DNA from: the human T2T-CHM13v2.0 reference genome, Homo sapiens
DNA: 64,000 bases
Reading direction: 5' to 3' (one strand)
Assembly (NCBI RefSeq): GCF_009914755.1
Contig: NC_060929.1
Each line of letters begins with the position of its first letter. The first letter of the stretch is position 1. The notes under the pieces were generated by a model that was given only the letters and a program-made list of their open reading frames with translations, was not told where the DNA came from and did not search any database. The position numbers and the translations under genes were made by a program. Positions 38,910 through 51,569 of this stretch are shown one piece after another.

Positions 38910-40544
38910 GCAAGCTAAAATTTGAGGGCAGCCACTCCAGTGGCTCTGAAAACAGCAGAGCTCAAGATTCTTTCCTACTGGATTTGCATCCACTAAACTT
39001 CATACCCTAAGGATCTTGCATGAATTTTAATCCGTATATACTCTTTTTGGAAAGTTCCAGTAATGGTAAAATTAGATACGTCCTGTCCTTACTTAATAAT
39101 ATCCTCCCAGAAACCGACTCAGATGCTAGTGAGCTAGAAAGGATTCTATGGATTTAAAATTATTAATCAACACGTTATACATGTGAACTAGTTGGAAGAT
39201 AACACAATGGAACGTTAATGCCAGCATAAGTGTTTTCCCACTCTTCAAATAAAAAGAAAGCAACAGTTGAAATCTGCTTCCTATTCTAGAATCTGGAAAT
39301 ATTAAATAGAAGTAAGTAGTTTCAGTCATCAGCAATTTTATCAGTAAAATTGTAGCAGGAGAATTACTCCAGCTGTTTCACAATATTATTATAGTTATAT
39401 ATTTATGTTATTATATTTCTTAAATACAATTTTATATTTATGTATTATCTATACATTATATTATTATATTTGTTATAATAAAATTTATCAGAAATACAAG
39501 AAGAAATATACCTTCAGACTGAAAGGGACCAACCATACTACCAAGTTCAGATGCGGATAAAGGAAGACCGAGGCACATTGTAGTGGGATATTAGAAAATC
39601 AGTGGTGAAGAGAAAATTGTAAACTCTTTGTGAGAGGTTATCTATCCTGGAATAGCAGTGCAGTATGTTCAGGTTAAAAGGACCTTGAAAATGCATAAGA
39701 ATTGAATGGTAAACTCTCTCAAATGACAAAAAAATAAAAATAAAAATAAAAAAGCAGGTCTTTTCTACTCATTCACATTCCAGGTATTTGGATGTCAAAT
39801 GTCCTGTAAAACTCATTAAAATAAACAGTAAAAAAAAAAAAAATTAACCTGCCAAGAGCAGTGGACAGGCAGGTGATTATATCAGCTAATCAGATTAATG
39901 CATTTGGTCTTTCTCCATTATGATTGGGATTTGAATGTTATGTAAAATGTGATAGGTACATTTCCATTATAAGATTATTATGTTACCAACAAATATGTTA
40001 GTCTGCCCAATTTATAGATAGGCAATTAACTTACTGACAGAGGAAATTGTGTATACTTAACATATCTAGGGTGTTTGTGTTGTCTGACTCTGGTTATATT
40101 CTTACAGATGAAGTAAATAGAACTTTAAACTTTTATTACAAGATAGAAAGTTTGAGTAATTCATCATGGAAATAATATTTGTATATAAATATAATTGACA
40201 CATTTAAAGGTTGAGTAACTCATTGTGAAAATAGCTGCCTGTTCATAAATTTAATTATTTAGTGCCCCATTTTGTTTGCTAACATGGATAATTTCTCTGT
40301 AGATTGCCACTTAAAATTTTGTTAGTTCAAAATAGGTGGTTCTATTTAGTAATATTTTAAAATATATTGAATTGATATTTTAAAATGAAAGTTCCTATGT
40401 AGAAATTTTTCCAGGTGCACCCTAATTATCTCTCATTAGTAAGATACGTTCATGGATATGTCAGGCTGATTTTTTCAGGGTAAATCAGTATTTAAAATGT
40501 AACAAACTAAAAAGGATATTGCGAATGCCCTTTTTTCCAACATC

Positions 40545-42640
40545 TTTTTTGAGGTATAATTTACATACCCTAAAATTCACCCAGTTTAAGCATAAAATTC
40601 AGTGTTTTTTAGTTCATTTACAGAATTGTGCAACCATCACAACTTAGTTTTAGAACAGTTCCATCAACTAGAAGGGTCCCTCATCCCCATCTGCAGTCAC
40701 TGTGTTCCTATCTACAGTCCCAGGCAACCATTCATCTACTCTGTGTCTCTATAGATTTGTCTTTCATATAAATGTAATCATATAAAATTTGGTCATTTGT
40801 GTCTGTCCTCATTCACTTAGCATGATGATGTTTTTGAGGTTCATCCATGTGGTAGCACGTATCAGTAGTTCATTCTTTTTTTCTTCATGGATTATTTCCA
40901 CTGTCCTGAAATACCACATTTTGTTTATTCATTCATCAGTTGGTGGGCATTTGGATTGTTTCCATTTTTTGGCTATTATGAATAATGCTACTATAGATAT
41001 TTGTGTACATGTCTTTGTGTAGATGGGTATTTTCACTCCTGTTAGGTAGATACCTAGGACTGCAATTACTAGGTCATACAGTAAATTTGTTTAGTATTTT
41101 AAGATACTGCCAAACTTTTTTTCAAATTACTATATCATTTTATATTCCCCCCCAGTAATGTATGAGGATTCCAGTTTCTCAACATCCTCAACAATACTTG
41201 TTTATATACCACAAAAATCTCCCAATTTAAGTGTACAATTCAATGGTTTTTAGTACATTTACAGAATTGTGCAACCATCACCACAACTTAGTTTGGGAAC
41301 ATTTCTATCAACTCAAAGGCTCCTTTATAACCATCTGGAGTCACTCTGTTCTTATCTCCAGCCCCAGGCAACCATTAATCTACTTTGTGCCTCTGTTGTC
41401 TCTTTTGGATTACATTTGTGGATGTGCAGCGGTATCTCATGTGGTTTTAATTCTGTTTTCCTAGTAACTAATTATATTGAGCATAGGTTCATGCGCCAGT
41501 TCATAGCCATTGTAATATTTGTCATCTTTGGTGAAATGTCTACTCAAAACTTTTGCCAACTTGTTAATTAGTTTTTTTCTACTATTTAGTTTTAAGAGTT
41601 CTTTATATACTCTGGATATAAATATTTTATCAGACAAGTGATTTGCTAATGTTTTCTTCCAGTCTCTCGCTATCTATTCAGTTTCTTAATGGTATCTTTT
41701 AAGGCCAATTTTTGAGACTTTTGATAAAAATCTAGTTTATCTTTTTTTTTTTTAATGGAACATGTTTTTGATGTTGTATCTAAGAACTCAGTGTCTAACC
41801 CAAAGTCACAAGGACTTCCTCCTGTTTTCTTCCATAATTTACATAATTTAAAGTTTTACATTCAATCCTATGATTCATTAGCTTTTGTGTATGGTGTTAA
41901 GAGACTGTAAATTTTTCTCTTTGCATGTACTTCTCCAGTGGTATCTCAGCACCATTTGTTGAAAATACCATACTTTCCTCATGAAATGCCATAGCATTTT
42001 TGTTAAAAGTAAATTGACCGCAAATGTGCGAGTTTATTTTTGAACTACTTATACTGTTGTTTTGATCTATATTTATCTTCGTGTCAATACCATACTGTAT
42101 TGATTTATGTAGCTTATAATATTTTTTGAATTTGGGAAATTTAAGTCCTTTAATTTTAATTTTCTCTTTTCAAAATTGTTGTGGCCTGCCAGACACAGTG
42201 GTTCATGCCTGTAATCCCAGCACTTTGGGAGGCCGAGGCAGGCAGATCACTTGGGGTCAGGAGTTTGAGACCAGCCTGGCCTACATGGCGAAACCCCATC
42301 TGTACTAAAAATACAAAAATTAGCAGAGCAGGGTGGTGGGCACCTGTAATCCCAGCTACTCAGGAGACTCAGGCATGAGAATTGCTTGAAGCTGGGAGGG
42401 AGAGGTTGCAGTAAGCCAAGATTGTACCACTGCACTTCAGCCTGGGAGACAGAGGAGACTCCATCTCAAAATAAAAATAAATTGTTTTGGCCATTCTGGC
42501 CTCTTTATATTTCTATATACATTTTAGGATCAGATTGTCAGTATCTTCAAAGAAACTTCCTGGACTTTGATAGGAGGGTTTAAGCTTAATCTGAAATTCA
42601 GTTTTCTGAAATTCCATTTTGGAAGAGATTTTATCTTAAA
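40545..42640 (-). mobile_element. L1MB-like element (3'UTR and ORF2 end) with a second internal 3'-end copy and an Alu
   Basis: gaggtataatttacatac...ttgtgcaaccatcac...ttgaggttcatccatgtggtagcacgtatcagtagttcattc...cagcaccatttgttgaaaa. Confidence 0.85.
42187..42480 (+). mobile_element. AluS
   Basis: Full Alu; aaattgtt(g/t)tggcc on both flanks. Confidence 0.92.
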
Positions 42641-42724
42641 CAATGCAAAACCGATTATTTTTTTTTCTCTGTGAAAATGATTATTACTAGAGAATTGGTA
42701 GGGTGTGTTTTTGAATACGCTGTT

Positions 42725-43108
42725 TATTTGTTTGCTTGATTTGAACCCTGACCCTAACAACTTTGGTCTTTTTCATAGCAGTAGGCCTGAAACACAATAG
42801 TGGAGTCTTGATTAAAAAGAACAAAATAAGCTACTGGTAGTCCATATTACAGTATTTAAAATGAACAATTTCAAACCACTAACAAGATTTAAATTCCATA
42901 AAGGATTTATGAGAACAAGTAATCTAAGCTACTCATTTGGAGGCATACAAATAAGGAATACAAAATAGGAAATCACACAGATAGTGTTTTTGCAGGATTA
43001 GGACATGAACCCAGGATTCAGACTCCAGATTCCACTCTTATTTCAGTCCTACTGCTATGAGAAAGACCAAAGTTGTTAGGGTCAGGGTTCAAATCAAGCA
43101 AACAAATA
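42725..43108. repeat. Inverted repeat: 68-bp arms (42725-42792, 43041-43108), 248-bp spacer
   Basis: Arms are reverse complements with 2 mismatches by manual alignment. Confidence 0.95.
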
Positions 43109-45177
43109 CGGACAAATGAACAAAACCCAAACTAATCTTTTCAGGAAGTGGATTTCACTCACAAACATTCAGAGTTATTCTCTAAATGTAAGCTTGTACA
43201 AAATTATTGTATGTGTTTAGTTAAACAGAACCAAGGATATCAGTACAGTACTTTTTATTAAAAACCAAACCAATATCTCCTCTCTGGTAATGTAAGTTTC
43301 AAGAGTTGTCTCCAGACCACAGGAATTATGATTGAGTAAATGTTAGGGAAATAAAGACCCTTAGATAGTTAATCCATTAGTATTAATTTATTAATGAGAT
43401 AAAGAAACTTAGTAAAGGATAGAAATGCTGTATTTAGTTAATTCCAATGAAAATTTTCTCATTTTAGTAGCTCTTACATAGAGGTGTGTTATGACACTAA
43501 TGACATCCTGGAGTTATGAAATTTGATATGAAAGCAAATGTGGAATCACTATCATTTTTGGAAGTGAACATTTATAAAGTTCTAGTTGCAACTGTTGCCC
43601 TGGAAACACTTGGCTCAGGAAGTAAAAGGGAATGCTATCTGAATGGTTATATTTAAGTCTTTTGCTTTAGAATAATAATATATATAGATATACACAGGAA
43701 ATCTTTATAATCTTTTAAATAATATGCTTGAATTTCTTCTATTTAAGTTGACTGTAGGTGAAGATTAAATCAAAATTTTATTCCTGTATGTTTTACACTC
43801 AGTTTGAGCTTTAAGGGATAAAATGATGACTAGGAATTCTATCAGGAGAGATGTTTTCGAATGGTCAGAGGGAAACAGCCAAGTATCATTTGAAAGTCAG
43901 TTCCAAATCTTAGCTGATAAAACAGTAAATTAAAGAAATAGATTTCATTACTAATTTAATGTCCATGGTTGTTTATTTTGCATTTTCAATTTCTGTAGTT
44001 CCTTCTTTTGTCAGGCCCCAAGAGATTACACAATTTGTGTGAATTGATACAACCTTCGTATGAGGGAGGCAGAATCAATCATAAAGGAGGTTAGTGGGCG
44101 GAAAGATGAAAGAGGAAAAATAAAGCCACTGATGTGTATTTAGAGTGTGTTTTAAGTTTAAGAATATGGAAACCCCTATTTTCATTTGAAATGCTTTGGA
44201 GTAACATACTAAAGCATCCTTGGGGACACCCTAACACTGCACATTAATATGGTTTAAAAGGTCTCCAAAGCATTTGCCTATAGTTAGCTCTGTTGTAGTA
44301 TTTTAGTAAGTGTTCTAATAACTTGGCTGCTCTTGCCTTTGGCTGTGAAGTCTTCACAAGTGCACAGTGTCCAATTTTTGGGTCCTTGGTCACATGGTCT
44401 TACATGTTCACGTTCTGAACCTATTAATAACTCAGCATAGGATTGTAAGAAAATACATCAGACTCTATACTGGAACTGCATAATCAACTGTCTACTTAAT
44501 CCTTCTCTCATTTCTTTCCATTACCTCTCACTGTAGAAGATACACATTCAACCATGTGTTCAGTGCCTGTTTCCCCTTCTATTCTCAGTATTCTTAAATT
44601 GATTTCCATAAATTAGCCTTAGAGAGTTAAAAAAATTCAATATAAGTGAAAGAGAAAGCGGAGAACCATCACAATAATATAAATGGTTATAACCATGATG
44701 ATAACATAGGTTTTTAAAGTATATTATAAACTGTATTTACAAATTCTTATGGCTGTAGTAAGGTTACATACTTTGTAGAAAACAGCTGACCGGCTTGAAC
44801 AAATGCTTGTGTGTAAATCTAGTTTTTAGAAATGAAATTATATTTTATGGGCTCTATAGGGTGTTGCTATGTAAGGGAAACCAATTGTGATTTTTTTGTC
44901 ATTAATAAAATAATAACCTAGAATTTAGTATCAGTTCCTTAGCACAAATCTGGTTTGCACATGCTTATTTTATCTTTTAATAATAATGTGGGATACTCTT
45001 AGACATTTTGAAGGTGCTATTAAAATTTAAAACATATATGAAATAATTAAACAGCTTTCTATATTATGTCAGTGGTGGATTTTAAATAGCAAGGAACATA
45101 TCTGCAAGGAATGGGAAAAGTACCACATTCTCCTTTTAATCATACCTACAAGGATACGTAGAAAGTGGAACCCCTAC

Positions 45178-45477
45178 CTTTTTTTGTTTGTTTGTTTTTA
45201 GAAACAGGGTCTTGCTCTGTCATCCAGTCTGGAGTGCAGCGGTGTGATCATAGCTCACTGCCACCTCGAACTCCCATGCTCGAGCAATCCTCCCACTTCA
45301 GCCTCCCCAGTTGCCAGACTACAGGTGTGTGCCACAGCTAGTTTTTACATTTTTTTTTGTACAGATGAGGGGTCTCTCTGTATTACCCAGGTTGGTATTG
45401 AACTGCTGAGCTCAAGTGATCCTCCTTATCATCTCCCAGAGTACTGGGATTATAGGCATGAACCACTGCACCTGGCC
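45178..45477 (-). mobile_element. AluJ-like
   Basis: Antisense Alu; ctaccttt on both sides. Confidence 0.9.
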
Positions 45478-45589
45478 ACCTCTACCTTTAGTAAAAATCA
45501 AATCACAAGAGGAAAATCAATGAATGGAGGCGCTGTAGTTTTCATTTGCATTGATTTTTAAAAACAAAGAGGACCAGAATATAATAGCC

Positions 45590-45775
45590 ACTGTTTATTC
45601 AACACTGCTATATGCCATATACATATTGCCATAAGGTATGGCAAATTTTTCACAGAAACCCACTAAGGTACGTGTAGTCACTCAGTTTTATAGATAAGGA
45701 TGCTGAAGCTGAGGGAGATTAAATGTCACCCTAGAGGGGAAGCTGATGAGGCCTAGAGGTGAAATTTAAAGCCGT
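45590..45775 (-). mobile_element. MIR
   Basis: cagttttatagataaggatgctgaagctgagggagattaaat core. Confidence 0.65.
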
Positions 45776-46059
45776 ATGTGTGTGTGGTGTGTATGTTTGT
45801 ATATGTCATGAAGATACTTTGTTGCTTCAGTATTATTTATCAGAGATATATAACACATTCACATCATTTTAATCCTTTGATCCAAGATATGGGGTAGAAA
45901 TTGATGTGGAATAAGTATAGGAGTAGAAATAGTAGAATTTAACATAGAAATTTGCTGATTTGTAATGTAATCTATCTTCTCTTTCTCTTTCTGTTTCCTT
46001 TCTGATGTTGGTATATTTAAAATTTTTAAGTAAGAAATTATCACGTTAGGGAGATTTCC

Positions 46060-47680
46060 TAAAAAATAATCCTGGCGCAGTCCAATATCATCAGTACTTC
46101 TAGAAGCAAGGAACTCACTAAGGCAAGAAAATAAATAAAAGGTATTCAGATTGTAAAGGAAGAAGCAAAGCTGTTTTTTATTCACAGAAAACATGATGGT
46201 CTATAGAGACAATCCTGCTAAAACAAACGTGCGAGGTTTAGCAAGATGGCGGGATACAAGTTTCATGTACAAATACGAGTTTTTTTATAGTACTAATGAA
46301 CGATTATAAATTAAAATTTTATAAGCACATTTACAATACTATAAAAACATGAGACACTTAAACATAAATTTAACAAAATATGCCCTGCACCTGTATACCA
46401 AAAACTGTAAAATATTGCTTGAATATTATAAAATATTGACAGAGATTAAGGAATATCTACATAAATGGAGATACATACAAAGCTCATGAATTAGAAAACT
46501 CAATTTTAAGATGTCAATTATTTCTGAATTGATTTATAGATTTGGTACACTCATTTTTTAAAAAAACAAGCTTTTTGGGTAGAAATTGACAAATATGTTT
46601 ATAGTTATGGAATTCCAGAGAACTTAGAAAAGCCAAAACAATTCCGACAAGAACAAAGTTGGAGAACTTACATGATCTTATTGAAGTGATAATGTTAAAG
46701 CTTTAAAATCCAAATAATCTGATATTGGAACAAAGAGGCATATGGAACATAAGACGGAATCCAGAAATAGTTCTACTTAAATATGGCTAGTTGATTTTCA
46801 AGAAAGTTACCGATGTAATTCAATGGAGGAATTCTAGTCCTTGACATATGGTGCTGGAAGAATTTGACATCAATATAGGAAGAATGAATCTTGACAGCTG
46901 CCTCACAACAGCCACAAACATTAATTTGAATAAACTATAAATCATTAGAAGAAAACCTTCACTACTTTGACATAAGCCAAAAATATTTTAGGTAGGATAC
47001 AAAGCTACAACCTTAAAAGAAAAATACATTACATAATTTGGACATCTTAAGTATTAAAATCATCTCTTTTTCAAATGACACTGATATAAAAACATAATAC
47101 AAAAAGTGGGAGAAAATATTTGCAAAAGATATATCTGATAAAGCATTTGTTACCAGAATATGTAAAGAACTATCTTCATTAATAAGAAGGCAGACAACAT
47201 GAAAAATAGGCAAAATGCTTGAGCAGTCTGTTCACTAAAGAAGATACCAGATGGAAAAAAAGTTCGTGAAAAAGATGGATAATATTATTAGTCATTAAGA
47301 AAGAAATAAAGGTGAATATCCACATAAAAGTTCTCAAAGATTCACAGCAGATTTTTTCATAACAGCCTCAAACTGGAAAATAAACAATAATGTGTTATTG
47401 TCCTACAGTAGAGTACTACTCAGCAAAAATACTCATATATTCCGCAAAATGGATGAATGATGGAAGCTAAACACCAAAAATTACATAATATTTTATTCTA
47501 TTTGTATGAGATTCTAAGAAGGAAGGACAAAACTGTGGATCAGTGATTGACAAAAACCAAGTAATGAGGAAAAATAATTCATTATAAAAGTGCACCAGGA
47601 ACTCTAGGGGTGATAAAAATATTTTATATAATAATTGTAGTGGTTGTTACATGACTGTATATGTTTGCCAAAACAAACGA
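46060..47680 (+). mobile_element. Old L1M ORF2 3' part and 3'UTR (degenerate)
   Basis: aaggcaagaaaa..aaaaggtattcagattgtaaaggaagaag...ttattcacagaaaacatgatggtctat (cf. LFADDMIVY); gagaaaatatttgcaaaagatatatctgataaag. Confidence 0.85.
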
Positions 47681-47705
47681 AAAGCAACGTGCAGCCTTTT
47701 ACCCC

Positions 47706-48090
47706 TGTATTAGTCTGTTCTCACACTGCTATAAAGATACTACCTGAGACTAGTTAATTTATAAACAAAAGAGGTTTAATTGACTCACGGTTCAGCATGG
47801 CTGGGGAGGCCTCAGGAAACTTACAATCATGGCAGAAGGTGAAGGGGGAACAGGCACCTTCTTCACAAGGTGGCAGGAGAGAGAGACAGAGAGTGCGAGA
47901 GTGCAAGTGCAGGGAAAACTGCCACTTTTAAATTATCATATCTTGTGAGAACGCCTTCACTATCACTAGAACAGCGTGGGGGAAACCACCCCCCATGATC
48001 TAATCACCTCCCACCAGGCCCCTCCCTTGACACCTGGGGATTACAATTTGAGATGAGATTTGGGTGGAGACACAGAGCCAAACCATAGCA
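47706..48090 (-). mobile_element. MSTA-like MaLR solo LTR
   Basis: tgtattagtctgttctcacactgcta...gagatttgggtggagacacagagccaaaccatagca; 5-bp TSD acccc/accct. Confidence 0.9.
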
Positions 48091-50016
48091 ACCCTTGATT
48101 ACCTAACCATCCTCTGATTAACACTCTTGCTCCCAGGATAAAAGCAAGTGTCCTTAACAGTTTCCTATCTTTTTGAACCTGGAGGTACAGGTATAGTCTG
48201 ATAATAGTTGTAGTAACACTGTTACATTTCTTAACAATGCATTTTAGTGGTGCGATCTCAGGTGATCTTTGCTTGTTTAGCCCACATTTCACCTAGTCTG
48301 ACAGTTCTTTTAAATCAAAACATTAAAGGATTGTTTTGTAAAATAGTAAAACAACACTGAAGTAAGTATAGAAAGAGAATCCCCAGTTCCCGAACCCTCC
48401 CCAAAGGTGACTTCAGATAGCAGCTTGATGTGTTTTCATGGAGGTCTTTATACACACTACGTATAAATAGAGTGCAGGTATTACTTGAAGGCCTTTTTGC
48501 CCTAAGATCTCCAGGAAATTCCTTGAAGCCCACGAGTGTCTAAGGCCTTGAATCAAGATTTCTATCCAAGCTTGGGGTAAGGAGTTAAAAAGCATGGACA
48601 TCCTTTCTGAGCTCCTTCCCTCACTCTGCACCTGCATGCATTGCCTTTGCTTCCTCTGCATCAGCTAGCATAGAACATTTAAGGACTTCACTGCTTTCCC
48701 AAAAAATAGTTTCAGACCAGTCATTTTTAGGAATTATAGGAAATTTTGATGAAGAACTAGGGTGTTTGAAAATACAATATATTGGAAGACCTCAGCCTTC
48801 TAGTACTTCATTTTCTCCCATGCTTTCTCCCTGTCCATCTGTGCTCTCCCCCTTTTCTTTCAGTGTTGTTTCCAGATATTCTGAATTCTTCACCCTCTAT
48901 CACGCATAATTATTCACCTCTTCACTTCTCTCACCCAACAAACTTTCCATCTCAAATCTGTCAAGGTATACAGAAGAAAAAAGGGCCTTCCAGTCAATGA
49001 AATTCTCTTATAAGGAGTCAGTTTGAATTACCACCTTCCTCTTTGGATTTTTGCTGTTCCATATATTTTATAATAGAAGATATTTCATGTGCAATATTTT
49101 GGACCTGTTTTTCTCCAAATTAAGGGAACTACCAGAAAATAGGTTTCTTAATTCCCAAATTAATTAGCTAAAGTCAAAATATCTAAAATCAAATCATTTA
49201 AAATCAATTATCTAAATTATACAAATTAATGAGCTACAAAGATGAGTTATCATACATGTTTGCAAAATTCAGTGAAGTGTTTTAAGCACTTGTTTATATC
49301 ACAACAGAACTTATAACAAGCAAGACCTGTCATGATTCATGTGCTATCAATAATGTCCCATGATATCACTCCATGACCATCCCTGCCATTCTCCTAGTTA
49401 TTACCAACTTCTTATTCACATTTCTATGTTCACAGTATCACCATATGCTCAGTCCCATGTCACATATTTCTTCAGTTATCTTTGTGTTGAGAGTTTCTAA
49501 ATGAATACTTATACAAAATTATCCTTTTAGGATACTTCCATTCTTATTATATTTTGGTATTATAGGGTCATAAATAACAAAATCTTTTCACATACAAAAT
49601 TTTGCTCATATAATATAAATGGGATTACATATTATATGTGTTCCATAACTTTTTTACTTGTTTATTGACTTGTAAGAGATCTTTATACAGCTTGAATACT
49701 AATCTTTTATTAGCTGTATACACTACAAATATCTTCTCTGTGACCTAGAGATCATTTCATGATATTTGTATACATCTACTTTTTTAAACAGCCATATAAT
49801 AATCCATCATATGAGAACACAATAATTTATCTAGGCTTCCTATGTAACTTCCTTTTTAAGAGCAAGAAGCTCTGCCTCCTATTAGCTGTGTTACTTTGGA
49901 TAAGATATTTAATCTCTCTGAGTCTCTGTTGCTTCATATTTAAAATGAGGAAAAGTATTTTCTACCTCATATGGTTATAGGTGAGATTAAAGAAATAATG
50001 CAAATAAATTATTCCA

Positions 50017-50238
50017 GAGCTGGGTTTCTCAACCTAAGTACTAATAATATTTTGGGGCAGGATAATTGTTGTAGGGGGCTGTCCCATGCATTGTAGGCTA
50101 TTTAACAGCATCTATGACCTCTACCCCTAGATGCTCAGTTGTGACAGCCCAGAATGTATGCAGACATTGCCAGATTTCTCCCTGGTATGTGTGTGTGTGA
50201 AGAAGGAGGCACAATCACACCCAGTTGAGAACCAATAT
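50017..50238. mobile_element. MER20 (hAT) inserted in a MIR (~49850-50280)
   Basis: ggtttctcaacc...gggggctgtcccatgcattgtagg...cagacattgccagat...cccagttgagaacca. Confidence 0.82.
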
Positions 50239-51569
50239 TTTGGAGAAGGGCCTGGCAACTAGTGTCAGATATACTACTACATGAAAGTGGACATAGGCAC
50301 AGCCAAAATCTGTAAGATGCTCTTCATATGGATTACATTATGGGTAGCTCTTGCTGCAGTTGTGCATGGTTGTGGCCATGAAGAAAGGTGGCCATATTGC
50401 TAGGCTTTTAGGTTTGTGTCATTTTTACACTAAGGCAAATAACAATAATTTCATAATATACAACTAATTACATAGATCTTTGCATGCCTGTGTGAGCATG
50501 CCTGCAAGAGATATTCCTGAAAATGATGTCTTTGAATGGGGGGTGGGGAGACACAGGGCTTGCGTTATTAAAAGTTTTATATATTCTGCCAAATCAACTT
50601 CTAAAAATGCTAGACCAAGTTACACTCTCACTAACTGTAGTTAAGAGTGCCTTTTTCCTCATATCTTTATCCATAGTGAATATTAACACAGTTATTAAAT
50701 TTAAACATACTTCGTGAATTTTTAATGTTTATTTCCACAATTTACATTTTTTCTTTTGTGCATTACATCCTCATCATCCTTTTTATATGTTTCTGTTAAT
50801 CTTTTAGTCTTTAAATGCTGTACCCAGATCTCGAATTATAAAACTATTAGATTACACAATAAAAGCACAGATATAAATATAGGTAACACCCAGATTTCAT
50901 GAATGTTAACATTTTATTTTATTATTTTTGCTTAAGACCTTTATTTTAAATTCTGCACATCATGTTGAAGCCCTCAGGGTACTTCTCTCCAACCAATTTT
51001 TTATCTGGGTCCCCAGATGTAACAACGATTCCAAATTTGCCTATATATTTCCATTCATATTTTTATAATTTTGTTAGGCATATATGCAGCCATAAAAATG
51101 TACATAGCATTGTTTTGTTTTTAAAATTTGCACAAATTTAGTTGTACTTTACAAATCCTTTTAGAATGCCTTTTAAAATTCAAATCATATTTTTAAGGTT
51201 TGTTCAGGTGGATGCGTGTAGTTTTAGCCTACGGTTTAAACTGCAGTGTTTATATAATTTTTGAATATTTTATTCATTACCTTATTGATGGAGGTTCATT
51301 TTTTCTCATTTTCTTAATTTTTGGGATTATAAGCAATATAATAATGATGATCCTGTTGTAAGTCTTAAGTGTACATGTGCAAGAGTTTCTCTTTGGGTCA
51401 TAGCTATCAGTAAGATTTTGGCTTGTGAAGATATACATCTTCATATTTATTAAATGCCATCAAATTGTTCTTCATGGTGATTATAATACTTCATCCAGCT
51501 GTTTAGTTTTTGACATCCATACCAACCAACTACTGGTACTTTCAGTCTCTATTATTTTTTCTTCTAATC

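Noticed and set aside
39759-39790. Pyrimidine tract + CAG|GTATTT as a recursive splice site
   Set aside because: The reconstituted donor is weak and such motifs are common; cannot be supported without nascent RNA data.
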